Assembly (NCBI GenBank): GCA_016214995.1 | Contig: JACRML010000058.1 | Span: forward strand, 4,194 to 68,193 | Source: Deltaproteobacteria bacterium | GTDB lineage: Bacteria > Desulfobacterota > GWC2-55-46 > UBA9637 | DNA length: 64,000 nt | Direction: 5' to 3' | Shown here: positions 28,423-37,055 of the stretch, in pieces | Position numbering within the stretch: position 1 is the stretch's first letter | How the letters are laid out: each line of letters starts with the position of its first letter | The notes under the pieces: model-generated | The model's input: only the letters and a program-made list of their open reading frames with translations | Databases searched by the model: none | What the model was told of the DNA's origin: nothing | Translations under genes and position numbers: made by a program

Positions 28423-29035
28423 ACTTCCGAAACCCTTCAAAGGCAGTTTTCGGGTCGCATGCCAATTGATTTCGTTCATCACGATAAAAACTGCAATGGG
28501 CCTCCAGTTCTTTCTTTAGTTTTGCTCTGGCGCGATGCAGCCTGATTTTGACCGTATCAAGGGTAATGCCAAGGATGTCGGCAATCTCGTTGTTTTTCAA
28601 CCCTTCCAACTCACCAAGCGCTACAATAGTTCTATAGTTTTCCGGGAGGTTTTCAATAAAATCCCGGATGCACCGGTTCATATCCTTCCTAATGAGTTCC
28701 TGATCAATAGAGGGCATCTTTTCTCCTGTCCAGACATCCTTGTCTTCTGTGTCCCCTTCGCTTAAATCGTCCGATGATTTTCTGTAAGCCATTTGTTGGA
28801 AAGAAGGACTGCGGAGTCTGTCTAACGCAGCATTGGTAGCGATGCGATATATCCATGTTGATAATTGGCACTCGCCCCTGAAATTCTTCAAGGCTTGACT
28901 TATCTTGATGAAAACCTCTTGACACAGGTCTTCAGCCTCATGCTGGCCTGCCAGTCGTTTTAGATAGCGCAATATTCTCGGCTGGAAGGTGTCATAAATT
29001 GTCTGAAACTCCAATTTTTCCATAACCTCGCCCAT
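28412..29035 (-). CDS. ECF-type sigma-70 family RNA polymerase sigma factor with Cys-containing C-terminal tail
   Basis: HEAEDLCQEVFIKISQALKNFRGECQLSTWIYRIATNAALDRLR; LKNNEIADILGITLDTVKIRLHRARAKLKKEL; tail HCSFYRDERNQLACDPK; start adjusted from 29155. Confidence 0.9.
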   Translation of the reverse strand: MGEVMEKLEFQTIYDTFQPRILRYLKRLAGQHEAEDLCQEVFIKISQALKNFRGECQLSTWIYRIATNAALDRLRSPSFQQMAYRKSSDDLSEGDTEDKDVWTGEKMPSIDQELIRKDMNRCIRDFIENLPENYRTIVALGELEGLKNNEIADILGITLDTVKIRLHRARAKLKKELEAHCSFYRDERNQLACDPKTAFEGFRKSQK

Positions 29036-29046
29036 CTCCACATCCT

Positions 29047-29313
29047 TTACCTCAATATATCTTTCATAACCGGACCGAGCCTCCCCTTTACCATATCCAC
29101 CAGGTCTTCCACTTTCATCAGGGTAATACAGCATATCTTGCCGTCTTTGTGCCATGTGGTGACGGCCAATTTGTCTCCGGTCTTTATCTTTGCCTTTTCC
29201 CGCAGCTCCTTGGGCAGAACCATCTGGCCGCGCTCATCAACGGTTACGATGGATTCCACCTTGCAGTTGTTTTCCGGTTCGCAGCAGGAAATGTCTTTCT
29301 TGTTTTTGGCCAT
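29047..29313 (-). CDS. SpoVT-AbrB domain protein with vicinal cysteines (resembles proteins described as HgcAB-associated)
   Basis: SCCEPENNCKVESIVTVDERGQMVLPKELREKAKIKTGDKLAV...KICCITLMK. Confidence 0.82.
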   Translation of the reverse strand: MAKNKKDISCCEPENNCKVESIVTVDERGQMVLPKELREKAKIKTGDKLAVTTWHKDGKICCITLMKVEDLVDMVKGRLGPVMKDILR

Positions 29314-29515
29314 CTTCTCCCCCTTGCATAGTATTCTGATAATTCTGATTATTCAGATTAGTCCTATTATACCTATTAAAAGCTATTTGTCAAGGTCAAC
29401 GGATAACCCAAATCCCGCTCTAACGGGATTTGAAACCGTCAACCTCTTGCTGTTGGTAATGTGTACAGAAGCTTGACGATGTCAAACTTTGCTGATAAGA
29501 TAAGCCGAAATAATT

Positions 29516-30700
29516 ATGATATTAAACAATAAAAAAATAGTAGTGGGAATTACGGGCGGAATAGCTGCATATAAGGCTCTGGAGCTTGTCAGGCTTTTCA
29601 TAAAAAACGGCGCTTTGGTTTGGCCAGTCATGACAAGGTCAGCAGTCAACTTTATAACACCGTTAAGCCTCCAGACAGTTGCGAGAAACCCTGTTTTTCA
29701 GGATATGTTTGACCTCACCCTGGAATCAAAGATGTCTCATATTGACCTGGCAGAAAAGGCAGACATGGTAGTCGTTGCACCTGCAACGGCAAATATTATA
29801 GGAAAGGTTGCATCAGGTATTGCAGATGATCTTCTAACAACAATTATTATGGCTACAAAGGCACCAGTTCTTTTTGCACCGGCAATGAATTCCAATATGT
29901 ATGAAAACAAGATTGTGCAGCATAATATTGAGAAACTTAAAAAGATTGGATACCACTTTATAGGACCTGATGAGGGAGAACTTGCCTGCGGATATGAAGG
30001 TAAAGGCCGTCTTGCGCCAGTTGAAGATATTTTAGATGCTGCAGAGGAATGCCTTGCTCCAAAGAACCTGAAAGGTGAAAAGATATTGGTTACAGCCGGA
30101 CCGACAAGAGAGGCCATAGACCCTGTAAGATTTATCTCTAACCCATCATCAGGCAAGATGGGCTACGCTATTGCAAGGGCAGCCAAAAGACGGGGAGCCG
30201 AAGTCGTTCTGGTGAGCGGCCCTTCTCATCTGGCGCCTCCAAGAGGCATTACCTTTATAAAAACCACAACAGCAGAGGATATGGCGGAGGCGGCCATGAG
30301 GCACTATCCTCAATCTACTGTCGTTATAATGGCTGCTGCTGTGTCTGATTACAGGCCAAAGATAAGCCATGGAAAGAAGGTAAAAAAGGAAGAGGCAAGG
30401 TTTAACATAGAATTGGAAAGAACTCAGGATATACTTAAAGAAATGGGAAATAGAAAAAGAGGGCAGTTTCTCGTTGGTTTTGCACTTGAAACGGAAGATA
30501 TATTGGCAAATGCCAAGAAGAAGTTAAAGGAAAAAAAGCTGGATCTAATAATTGCTAACGACCCAACTAGTTTTGACGGAGAGGTAACGCAGGTAACTGT
30601 TCTGGGAAAAGATGACAAGATTGAAGCGCTGCCGGCCCTTGCGAAGAATGAAGTAGCGGAACATATCCTTGATAGGGTTATAAATAAGTTAAGGAGTTGA
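29516..30700 (+). CDS. coaBC: Bifunctional phosphopantothenoylcysteine decarboxylase/phosphopantothenate-cysteine ligase
   Basis: VVGITGGIAAYKALELVR; APAMNSNMYEN; EGELACGYEGKGRLAP; VTAGPTREAIDPVRFISNPSSGKMGYAIA. Confidence 0.97.
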   Translation: MILNNKKIVVGITGGIAAYKALELVRLFIKNGALVWPVMTRSAVNFITPLSLQTVARNPVFQDMFDLTLESKMSHIDLAEKADMVVVAPATANIIGKVASGIADDLLTTIIMATKAPVLFAPAMNSNMYENKIVQHNIEKLKKIGYHFIGPDEGELACGYEGKGRLAPVEDILDAAEECLAPKNLKGEKILVTAGPTREAIDPVRFISNPSSGKMGYAIARAAKRRGAEVVLVSGPSHLAPPRGITFIKTTTAEDMAEAAMRHYPQSTVVIMAAAVSDYRPKISHGKKVKKEEARFNIELERTQDILKEMGNRKRGQFLVGFALETEDILANAKKKLKEKKLDLIIANDPTSFDGEVTQVTVLGKDDKIEALPALAKNEVAEHILDRVINKLRS

Positions 30701-30765
30701 AGGACTTAAAAGTTGGCTGGTCTATCGTTTGCTCCCTGGCACCTAAACTGCCTTTGTTTTACTCC

Positions 30766-31620
30766 TCAACTTTTTATTATGCCAATAGCCCTTTCCATAG
30801 CATATTCCCAGTCTTTGCCATTTTTCTTGAGCGCCTTTAAATGTTTTTTCAGCCTTTTTGCAGTGTCCAGATTGTCTTTCCCTGTCGGGTCATATACAAA
30901 ACATTTTGCCCTTTGACCGCGAATTAAAAAATCCTTGATGGCAGAAAATGAACGATTATAATATTGTTTCTTTTCCTCCGTACTTAAGACCCATCTGGAC
31001 GAAGATGACAACATGCCCAACATGCTGTGCCACTGATTTATCCTGTGTATCAAAAGAATGCTTGAAAAGATGGTCTTGTTTGTTCTAAAAGATAAAGGGG
31101 TGTCTTCAAGTATGTTTTTCAGGAGACTGTCGTTTTCTTTATGAACCTCTTTAGACATTTTAGACGGTAGTTTCCAAATGTTTTTGTCGGCAAGCGCATC
31201 AAACCTTAGTTCCCAGTAGGTATGCTTGAGAATTTTGCTGGAAAATGATTGAATAAACTTTTCCGGAATATAATAATTATGTGCAATAGTATCCGCCGCA
31301 AGATGGCTTATATAGCCATAGGCAAATGCTTTTTGCGGCTCAGTCTGGGCGCTTTTCAGGATTTTAAGCCCAACTCTCCAGTTATGGCAGTGCTTGAGTT
31401 TGTCTGTTAAATTTTTTCCTACAACTATATCGGCGCTTATATTTCCATAGAGGTAATCATATGGAAATCTTGATAATAGTTCTTGCAGGAAAAGTGGAAG
31501 GGACTTGAGATTATTTAATATGTCCAATCCTAGTTCCAGATGTGTTGCAGGCCCCCAGGCGTATGCATCATTAGGTGTGAAGATGAAAATCAGAAAGACT
31601 CCTGCAATTAATAGATACAT
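30766..31620 (-). CDS. Zinc-dependent phospholipase C family protein
   Basis: AWGPATHLELG...YGNISADIVVGK...HNW...AYGYISHLAADTIAHNYYIP. Confidence 0.82.
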   Translation of the reverse strand: MYLLIAGVFLIFIFTPNDAYAWGPATHLELGLDILNNLKSLPLFLQELLSRFPYDYLYGNISADIVVGKNLTDKLKHCHNWRVGLKILKSAQTEPQKAFAYGYISHLAADTIAHNYYIPEKFIQSFSSKILKHTYWELRFDALADKNIWKLPSKMSKEVHKENDSLLKNILEDTPLSFRTNKTIFSSILLIHRINQWHSMLGMLSSSSRWVLSTEEKKQYYNRSFSAIKDFLIRGQRAKCFVYDPTGKDNLDTAKRLKKHLKALKKNGKDWEYAMERAIGIIKS

Positions 31621-31708
31621 GGCAAAATGTTACAGCAAAACAGATAGATTGTAAAGCCTGCCAAAACGACATTTAATTATTTACTTTACTGGCAAAGGAG
31701 TTTAAACC

Positions 31709-32491
31709 ATGACGGATAAAAGTGTGTCTTATAAAGATATGATAAATGATATGCAAAACTACCTCCTTTACCTAAAGGGAATAGGCATAGAAGAGCTGCC
31801 TGCCAAAAAGACAGAGGTCAGGGGCCAGGGGCCTGCCCTCGAATGCATCTATCGGGGGTCAGGGGGCGGAAAGACCGATATAGAACTAAAAGGAGGTAGT
31901 TTAAATTTGGCGGATGAAGCCTTAACCCTTGAATCCATTCGTGAAGAATTGGGAGATTGCAAACGATGCAAGCTTCACCAAACAAGGACAAATATTGTTT
32001 TCGGGGTTGGCAATCCCAATGCCAGCCTTGTATTCGTAGGCGAAGGGCCTGGAGAAGATGAAGATATACAGGGAGAGCCTTTTGTTGGAAGGGCAGGCCA
32101 GTTATTAACGCGGATAATCAAGGCAATGGGATTAAAGAGAGAAGATGTTTATATCTGCAATGTTGTAAAATGCAGACCTCCCGGAAACCGCAACCCGGAA
32201 ACCGACGAGATAGCAACGTGCAAGCCATTTATGGAAAAACAGATTAATGCTATTAAACCGCAGATAATTGTAGCATTAGGGACTCATGCTGCGCAGACGC
32301 TTTTAAATACACCTGTGAAGATAACTGCGCTGCGAGGGAAATTTCATTGGTATAGAAACGGTATTCGGGTTATGCCGACATTCCACCCTTCTTATCTTTT
32401 GAGAAATGAGGGCAAGAAAAAAGAGGTATGGGAGGATATGAAAATGGTGCTTAAAGCGTTGGGTTTAAAGATTCCGGAAGAAAAGAAATGA
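31709..32491 (+). CDS. Uracil-DNA glycosylase family 4
   Basis: CKRCKLHQTRTNIVFGVGNPNASLVFVGEGPGEDEDIQGEPFVGRAGQLLTRI; CRPPGNRNPETDEIATC. Confidence 0.93.
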   Translation: MTDKSVSYKDMINDMQNYLLYLKGIGIEELPAKKTEVRGQGPALECIYRGSGGGKTDIELKGGSLNLADEALTLESIREELGDCKRCKLHQTRTNIVFGVGNPNASLVFVGEGPGEDEDIQGEPFVGRAGQLLTRIIKAMGLKREDVYICNVVKCRPPGNRNPETDEIATCKPFMEKQINAIKPQIIVALGTHAAQTLLNTPVKITALRGKFHWYRNGIRVMPTFHPSYLLRNEGKKKEVWEDMKMVLKALGLKIPEEKK

Positions 32492-32569
32492 AGCCGAAAC
32501 GTCATCCTGAACATGCAAAATAAACAAAAATATAGATGTTGTTCCCTTGCTCATCATTCTGCTGAGATG

Positions 32570-33373
32570 TTAATTATTACGATGACATCTGAAACAATCT
32601 TCTAACGGAAATGCAACCTTTCCATGGCACACCCCACAGTAATGCCCTTGATTTATCTTATTCATCGTTGTCTGATTTGAGGCTGCCTGCGGTTTGAATA
32701 TATTAGGATGACAGTTATCACACACCAAAATTTTAGTATGTGCCGCATGAGGATATATAACATCCGGCATTACAGGATTTCTAAGAAATATCTCAACAAC
32801 CACATCCAGGTTAATCATCTGTTCATCGCCCTTTAAACCTGTCTTTGGTTTAAACTTGCCATCTTCCAGCGCCTTTACCCAGTCCACTTTGTTTCCGTAA
32901 CTATTTGTTGGAAAGTCCTTAGTAATTTCATAAAAGTTTTTGTTCTCTTTTACCTCTATCCCCTCAGAATGGCACCTATCGCAGTTTGTGGCTGCAAATG
33001 CAGTAGTTCCGTTATGACATGTCCCACACCACTTTCCTTCCAATATGTCAGCCTGCTTTATATCATTTGCACCTTTCTTCATTTGAAAACCAAGGTCACT
33101 GTGGCATACCTTGCAGACAAACTGTGTTCTGTGCCACCAGTGAGGAAATACTACCGACCTTATGGCCTGTCCTTCGCCTGTATGCTTTTTCATGGTTATA
33201 TTGCCATATTCGTGCGGCGGCGGCAGATTTTGCATACCGGTGGCCGGGCCTATCCCCTCTGTATCCTCTTCAGCTTTTATTGTAGGTGCTGCTTCCTGGG
33301 GTTTTGCACCCATCCCGGTTATAAATGGGAGTAGTAGAAATAATAATAAACTAATTGAGAATCTTTTTAGCAT
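32570..33373 (-). CDS. Multiheme cytochrome c (six CXXCH), c3/c7-like
   Basis: CKVCH, CGTCH, CDRCH, CDNCH, CGVCH, CFRCH; N-terminal signal. Confidence 0.9.
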   Translation of the reverse strand: MLKRFSISLLLFLLLPFITGMGAKPQEAAPTIKAEEDTEGIGPATGMQNLPPPHEYGNITMKKHTGEGQAIRSVVFPHWWHRTQFVCKVCHSDLGFQMKKGANDIKQADILEGKWCGTCHNGTTAFAATNCDRCHSEGIEVKENKNFYEITKDFPTNSYGNKVDWVKALEDGKFKPKTGLKGDEQMINLDVVVEIFLRNPVMPDVIYPHAAHTKILVCDNCHPNIFKPQAASNQTTMNKINQGHYCGVCHGKVAFPLEDCFRCHRNN

Positions 33374-33674
33374 ACACTTCCCTCAAAGGTAAATTTTTTA
33401 TCTATTCATTATTTCTTTCATCCGGAGAAAAGGTGCCACTATGAATATCTGGCTTTGTAATATAGCAGATTAGATTTGAAATAGTCAAGGGCTCCGAATT
33501 GCCTCGAATTGCCTCGCAAAAAATGTTACCCAAACATTTTTTAAAACATATCGTTCCGTCATAATGAATGTTACCGGAATATCTTCCTCTAAGGAGGAGA
33601 GTTGTTCTATTAAAATCAGAAATTGTCAAATTCGCAGTCAACATATTCACATTTTAAAATAATGGGAGAGTTAG

Positions 33675-34694
33675 CTATAGATGTAGCACTTCAACATTTT
33701 TGACTCCTCTTTGCCTGCTACCTTCTTTCTTCCTCACCATCTCCACGGCCATTTTTATCGCAGCTATCATACTTGATGGGTTTGCTGTGCCTTTCCATGC
33801 AATATCATAGGCTGTTCCGTGGTCAACAGATGTCCGGATAATCGGCAGACCAAGCGTTACATTGACGCCGTCTTCAAAGTGCAGGAGTTTTAAGGGAATC
33901 AGCCCCTGGTCGTGATACATGCAGACAACGCAGTCAAACTCCTTATTTTTAACAACCCTGTAAAAAAGTGTATCCGGCGGCAAAGGGTCTGATGCGTTTA
34001 TTCCTAGCTTTCTTGCCTTTTTTATCGCAGGAAGGATAATCTGCCCTTCTTCGTCTCCAAAAAGTCCTGCCTCACCTGCATGGGGATTTAAGCCTGCAAC
34101 TGCAATCCTCGGCTTCTTGAGACCAAAATATTTTTTGAAGGTATCGTCTGTTATCTTTATGGTTTTGAAAATATTTTCTCTTGTTAAAAATTTTGGCACC
34201 CTTTTTATTGACTCATGAATGGTCACAAGGATAACCTTCAGGCTTGAGCCTGCAAGCATCATGCGGAAGTTTTTTGTCTTTGTCAGATGTGCAAGGAATT
34301 CGGTATGGCCGTGAAATTTATATCCTGCCTTATTAATGGTCTCTTTGCTGATAGGACCCGTAACAATGGCGTCAACATCCCCAGCCATGGCCATACAAAC
34401 AGCCTCTTGTATGTAGGTCATCATGGCCTTAGCACAAACCTTATCAGGTTTTCCTGGTTTTAATTTATTGGGATTAAGATTGGAGAGGTTTATGATATTT
34501 AAATTTGAAATTTGAAATTTGAAATTTGAAATTAAATGCTCAAGGACTGCCTCATCGCCTAAAATCACGGGATTACAGAGCCGCCTAATTTGCTTGTCAG
34601 AAATGGCCTTTAAAATAACCTCCGGCCCAACCCCTGTAGGGTCGCCCATGGTGATTGCGATGGTAGGTTTCATAAAAATACAGGTTATGGGCAA
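33675..34694 (-). CDS. pdxA: 4-hydroxythreonine-4-phosphate dehydrogenase
   Basis: PTIAITMGDPTGVGPEV; TGPISKETINKAGYKFHGHTEFLA; AGLNPHAGEAGLFGDEE; YHDQGLIPLK. Confidence 0.96.
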   Translation of the reverse strand: MPITCIFMKPTIAITMGDPTGVGPEVILKAISDKQIRRLCNPVILGDEAVLEHLISNFKFQISNLNIINLSNLNPNKLKPGKPDKVCAKAMMTYIQEAVCMAMAGDVDAIVTGPISKETINKAGYKFHGHTEFLAHLTKTKNFRMMLAGSSLKVILVTIHESIKRVPKFLTRENIFKTIKITDDTFKKYFGLKKPRIAVAGLNPHAGEAGLFGDEEGQIILPAIKKARKLGINASDPLPPDTLFYRVVKNKEFDCVVCMYHDQGLIPLKLLHFEDGVNVTLGLPIIRTSVDHGTAYDIAWKGTANPSSMIAAIKMAVEMVRKKEGSRQRGVKNVEVLHL

Positions 34695-34755
34695 TAGGCT
34701 ATAGGCCTTCCGATGTCTTTCCTATTACCTATTGCCCTTGCCTATTGCCTGTTTT

Positions 34756-35727
34756 TTACAGTCTCACCTCTATATATGCCTTTTTCATTACTTCTTCCAG
34801 CCAAAGTTTGTATCTTTCATCTATAACCTTCTGAAAGATGGTATTCCTAATCTCATCCTCAACCTCTGAAAGAGGCCTTGCCGCCGCCCCCTGCTTATCT
34901 ATCAGCTGTATTATGTGAAATCCTGTAGAGGTTTTGATTACATTGCTTATCTCGCCAGTCTTTAATCCAGTTGCAGCCCGCTCTATTGCTGCATCCATCT
35001 CACCTGCTTTAATATAGCCAAGGTCGCCGCCTTCTTTTGCATTAGGCCCTTGCGAATACTCCTTCGCAAGCCTTACAAAATCTTCTCCACCCCGGGCTGC
35101 GGCAAGGATATTATCTGCCTTCTTCTCTATATCTTTTCTTTTATCCTGTTCACTGGAGAGCAGTGATATTATTCGCAGCCTATGCGTTACGGGGCCAGAG
35201 AATTTACCCTGATTCTGCCTGTAATAGGCTTCTATATCTTCATTAGATATTTTTGCATTTGAGCGAAATTCTTTGTTTATAAACTTTACCTGCCTGATTT
35301 GGTCCTTAAGCTGCTCCCGGTATTCCTTGAAGGTAAGGCCGTTTCTTGCCAGAGCGCTTAAAAGTTCTTGCTGGCTTACATTGTTTTGCCTTTTTACATC
35401 TTCAATAGCATTGTCTATCTCTTTTTCGCTGATGGTGATTCCTGCTTTATTTGACGCCTGCTCAACTAATTTTTTCTCAATAAGCTGATCCAACACCTTG
35501 CTCTTTGTCTCTATAATCTTTTTCCGCTTATCTTTATCATTGCCCTTTATATCTTCCAAGCCAGCAGTGGCAACATTCAATTCAGACAGGGTAATAGCGC
35601 TGTCGTTTACAACAGCCACAACCCTGTCTACAATCTCAGCGTGAGCAGGGAAAGACAGTAAGCAGTAAGCAGTAAGCAGCAGCAATTTAAATCGTAAATC
35701 GTAAATCGTAAATCGTAAATCAATCAC
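34756..35727 (-). CDS. SurA-like periplasmic chaperone / peptidyl-prolyl isomerase
   Basis: VVAVVNDSAITLSELN; parvulin region KGGDLGYIKAGEMDAAIERAATGLKTGEISNVIKTSTGFHIIQL. Confidence 0.88.
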   Translation of the reverse strand: MIDLRFTIYDLRFKLLLLTAYCLLSFPAHAEIVDRVVAVVNDSAITLSELNVATAGLEDIKGNDKDKRKKIIETKSKVLDQLIEKKLVEQASNKAGITISEKEIDNAIEDVKRQNNVSQQELLSALARNGLTFKEYREQLKDQIRQVKFINKEFRSNAKISNEDIEAYYRQNQGKFSGPVTHRLRIISLLSSEQDKRKDIEKKADNILAAARGGEDFVRLAKEYSQGPNAKEGGDLGYIKAGEMDAAIERAATGLKTGEISNVIKTSTGFHIIQLIDKQGAAARPLSEVEDEIRNTIFQKVIDERYKLWLEEVMKKAYIEVRL

Positions 35728-36767
35728 AACAACTCCTCCTTAACCTCTATCCTTGCCCTTTGTTTTAATTCTTGCATCCATACCTGAAATTCTGCATCGC
35801 TTTTTTCTTTTTTCAGCTTATTTATTATCTGGTTTTTTACCTCTGAAAATTTCAGATCCTTTGCACCTCTTTTCTCTTCAACCCTGAAAATATGATAACC
35901 ATACGCAGTTTTTACAACCTGACTCAGCTTGTTTACAGGGAGAGAAAATACTACATCCTCAAACTCCTTTGGCATAATGCCTTTGCTAAAAAAACCCAGG
36001 TCTCCGCCCTTTTTGCCCTCGGGGCCTAAAGAAACCTCTTCAGCTAGTTTTGCGAAATTTTCTCCTTTTTTTAATCTTTCCCTTATTTGATTGGCCTCAT
36101 CTTCCGTCTTCACTACAATCATCAGCGCCCTTATCTGCTCCTCAACTTTATAATCCGCTATATGCTCTTTATAATATTTTCTGGCATCATTTTCTTTCAC
36201 GGTAAGCTTAGAGGTAATAGCCTTATCTATAACCTTCTTAATCAATAATTTCTTTTTAAGCTCTTCCTTCCATTTTTCCATGCTTCCGTACCTGCTCAGA
36301 ATAGTTGGTTCAAACGCATCTCCGGCGTATTCTCTTTTAATTTCTTCCAGTTCTCGTGAAAGTTCGTCAGCATCAACATTCAATGCCACCTTCTTTGCCT
36401 CTTCTAAAAGCAACTCTTCTTCAAGAAATTGATTAACAAGGGCCATCTTAAGATTTCGCAGCTCTTCATCTTTTATCTCTGCGGCTGCTTCGTCTTCTAT
36501 AAATAACTTTTTAAAGGTATCCTGAAATTCTCCGCGTGTAATTTCCCTGTCATTTATTTTTATGATAATCTCACTGACAGACGGAAGGCTTTTTTCTTCT
36601 TCCTTCTTTTTACAACCTGCAGTGAGCAGGAAAAAAAGAGACAAGAGGCAGAAGGCAAGAGGCAAGAGGCGAAATCTTATTTTGCTTCTGACTTCTTGTT
36701 TCCGGCTTCTTGCTTCCGATTTTTGTTTCTCCGTCATCTGTTTTCTCTCATTTATTTTGTATTTCAA
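35724..36767 (-). CDS. Second PpiC/SurA-like lipoprotein
   Basis: LFFLLTAGCKKKEEE lipobox; parvulin GPEGKKGGDLGFFSKGIMPKEFEDVVFSLPVNKLSQVVKTAYGYHIFRV. Confidence 0.85.
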   Translation of the reverse strand: MKYKINERKQMTEKQKSEARSRKQEVRSKIRFRLLPLAFCLLSLFFLLTAGCKKKEEEKSLPSVSEIIIKINDREITRGEFQDTFKKLFIEDEAAAEIKDEELRNLKMALVNQFLEEELLLEEAKKVALNVDADELSRELEEIKREYAGDAFEPTILSRYGSMEKWKEELKKKLLIKKVIDKAITSKLTVKENDARKYYKEHIADYKVEEQIRALMIVVKTEDEANQIRERLKKGENFAKLAEEVSLGPEGKKGGDLGFFSKGIMPKEFEDVVFSLPVNKLSQVVKTAYGYHIFRVEEKRGAKDLKFSEVKNQIINKLKKEKSDAEFQVWMQELKQRARIEVKEELL

Positions 36768-36791
36768 ATTTTTATTAAACAGTTCATAGTG

Positions 36792-37040
36792 CCCAAAAAT
36801 AGACTTTGCTTTTTGGGTAAACCTGCAAGTTGACTGCCAGACAACACACCCCTAAATCCCCTCTCGAGAGGGGACTAAAGGGGTGTGTTATTTGCGACGA
36901 GCCGTATATCACCAATACGGTGAGGAGCAAAAATGTGCCGATAACAAAGTATGGCAGCCAAATCGGCTGGCTCCACTCACTGCGAAGCAATTGCAAGTGG
37001 AAGATGTAAAATAGCGAGGTTTAAAATCGCTATTTTACGG
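36792..37040 (+). repeat. Structured intergenic repeat family, copy D
   Basis: CCCAAAAATAGACTTTGCTTTTTGGG ... GTAAAATAGCGAGGTTTAAAATCGCTATTTTACGG. Confidence 0.92.
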
Positions 37041-37055
37041 ATAGGCAAAATACTA

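Noticed and set aside
33402-33650. 82-aa minus-strand ORF next to the hexaheme cytochrome gene
   Set aside because: No recognisable motif or convincing start; kept out of the feature list for lack of support.
12756-37040. CRISPR array interpretation of the repeated units
   Set aside because: Copies are ~10 kb apart, long and internally structured; no short direct repeat-spacer periodicity and no cas genes in the window.
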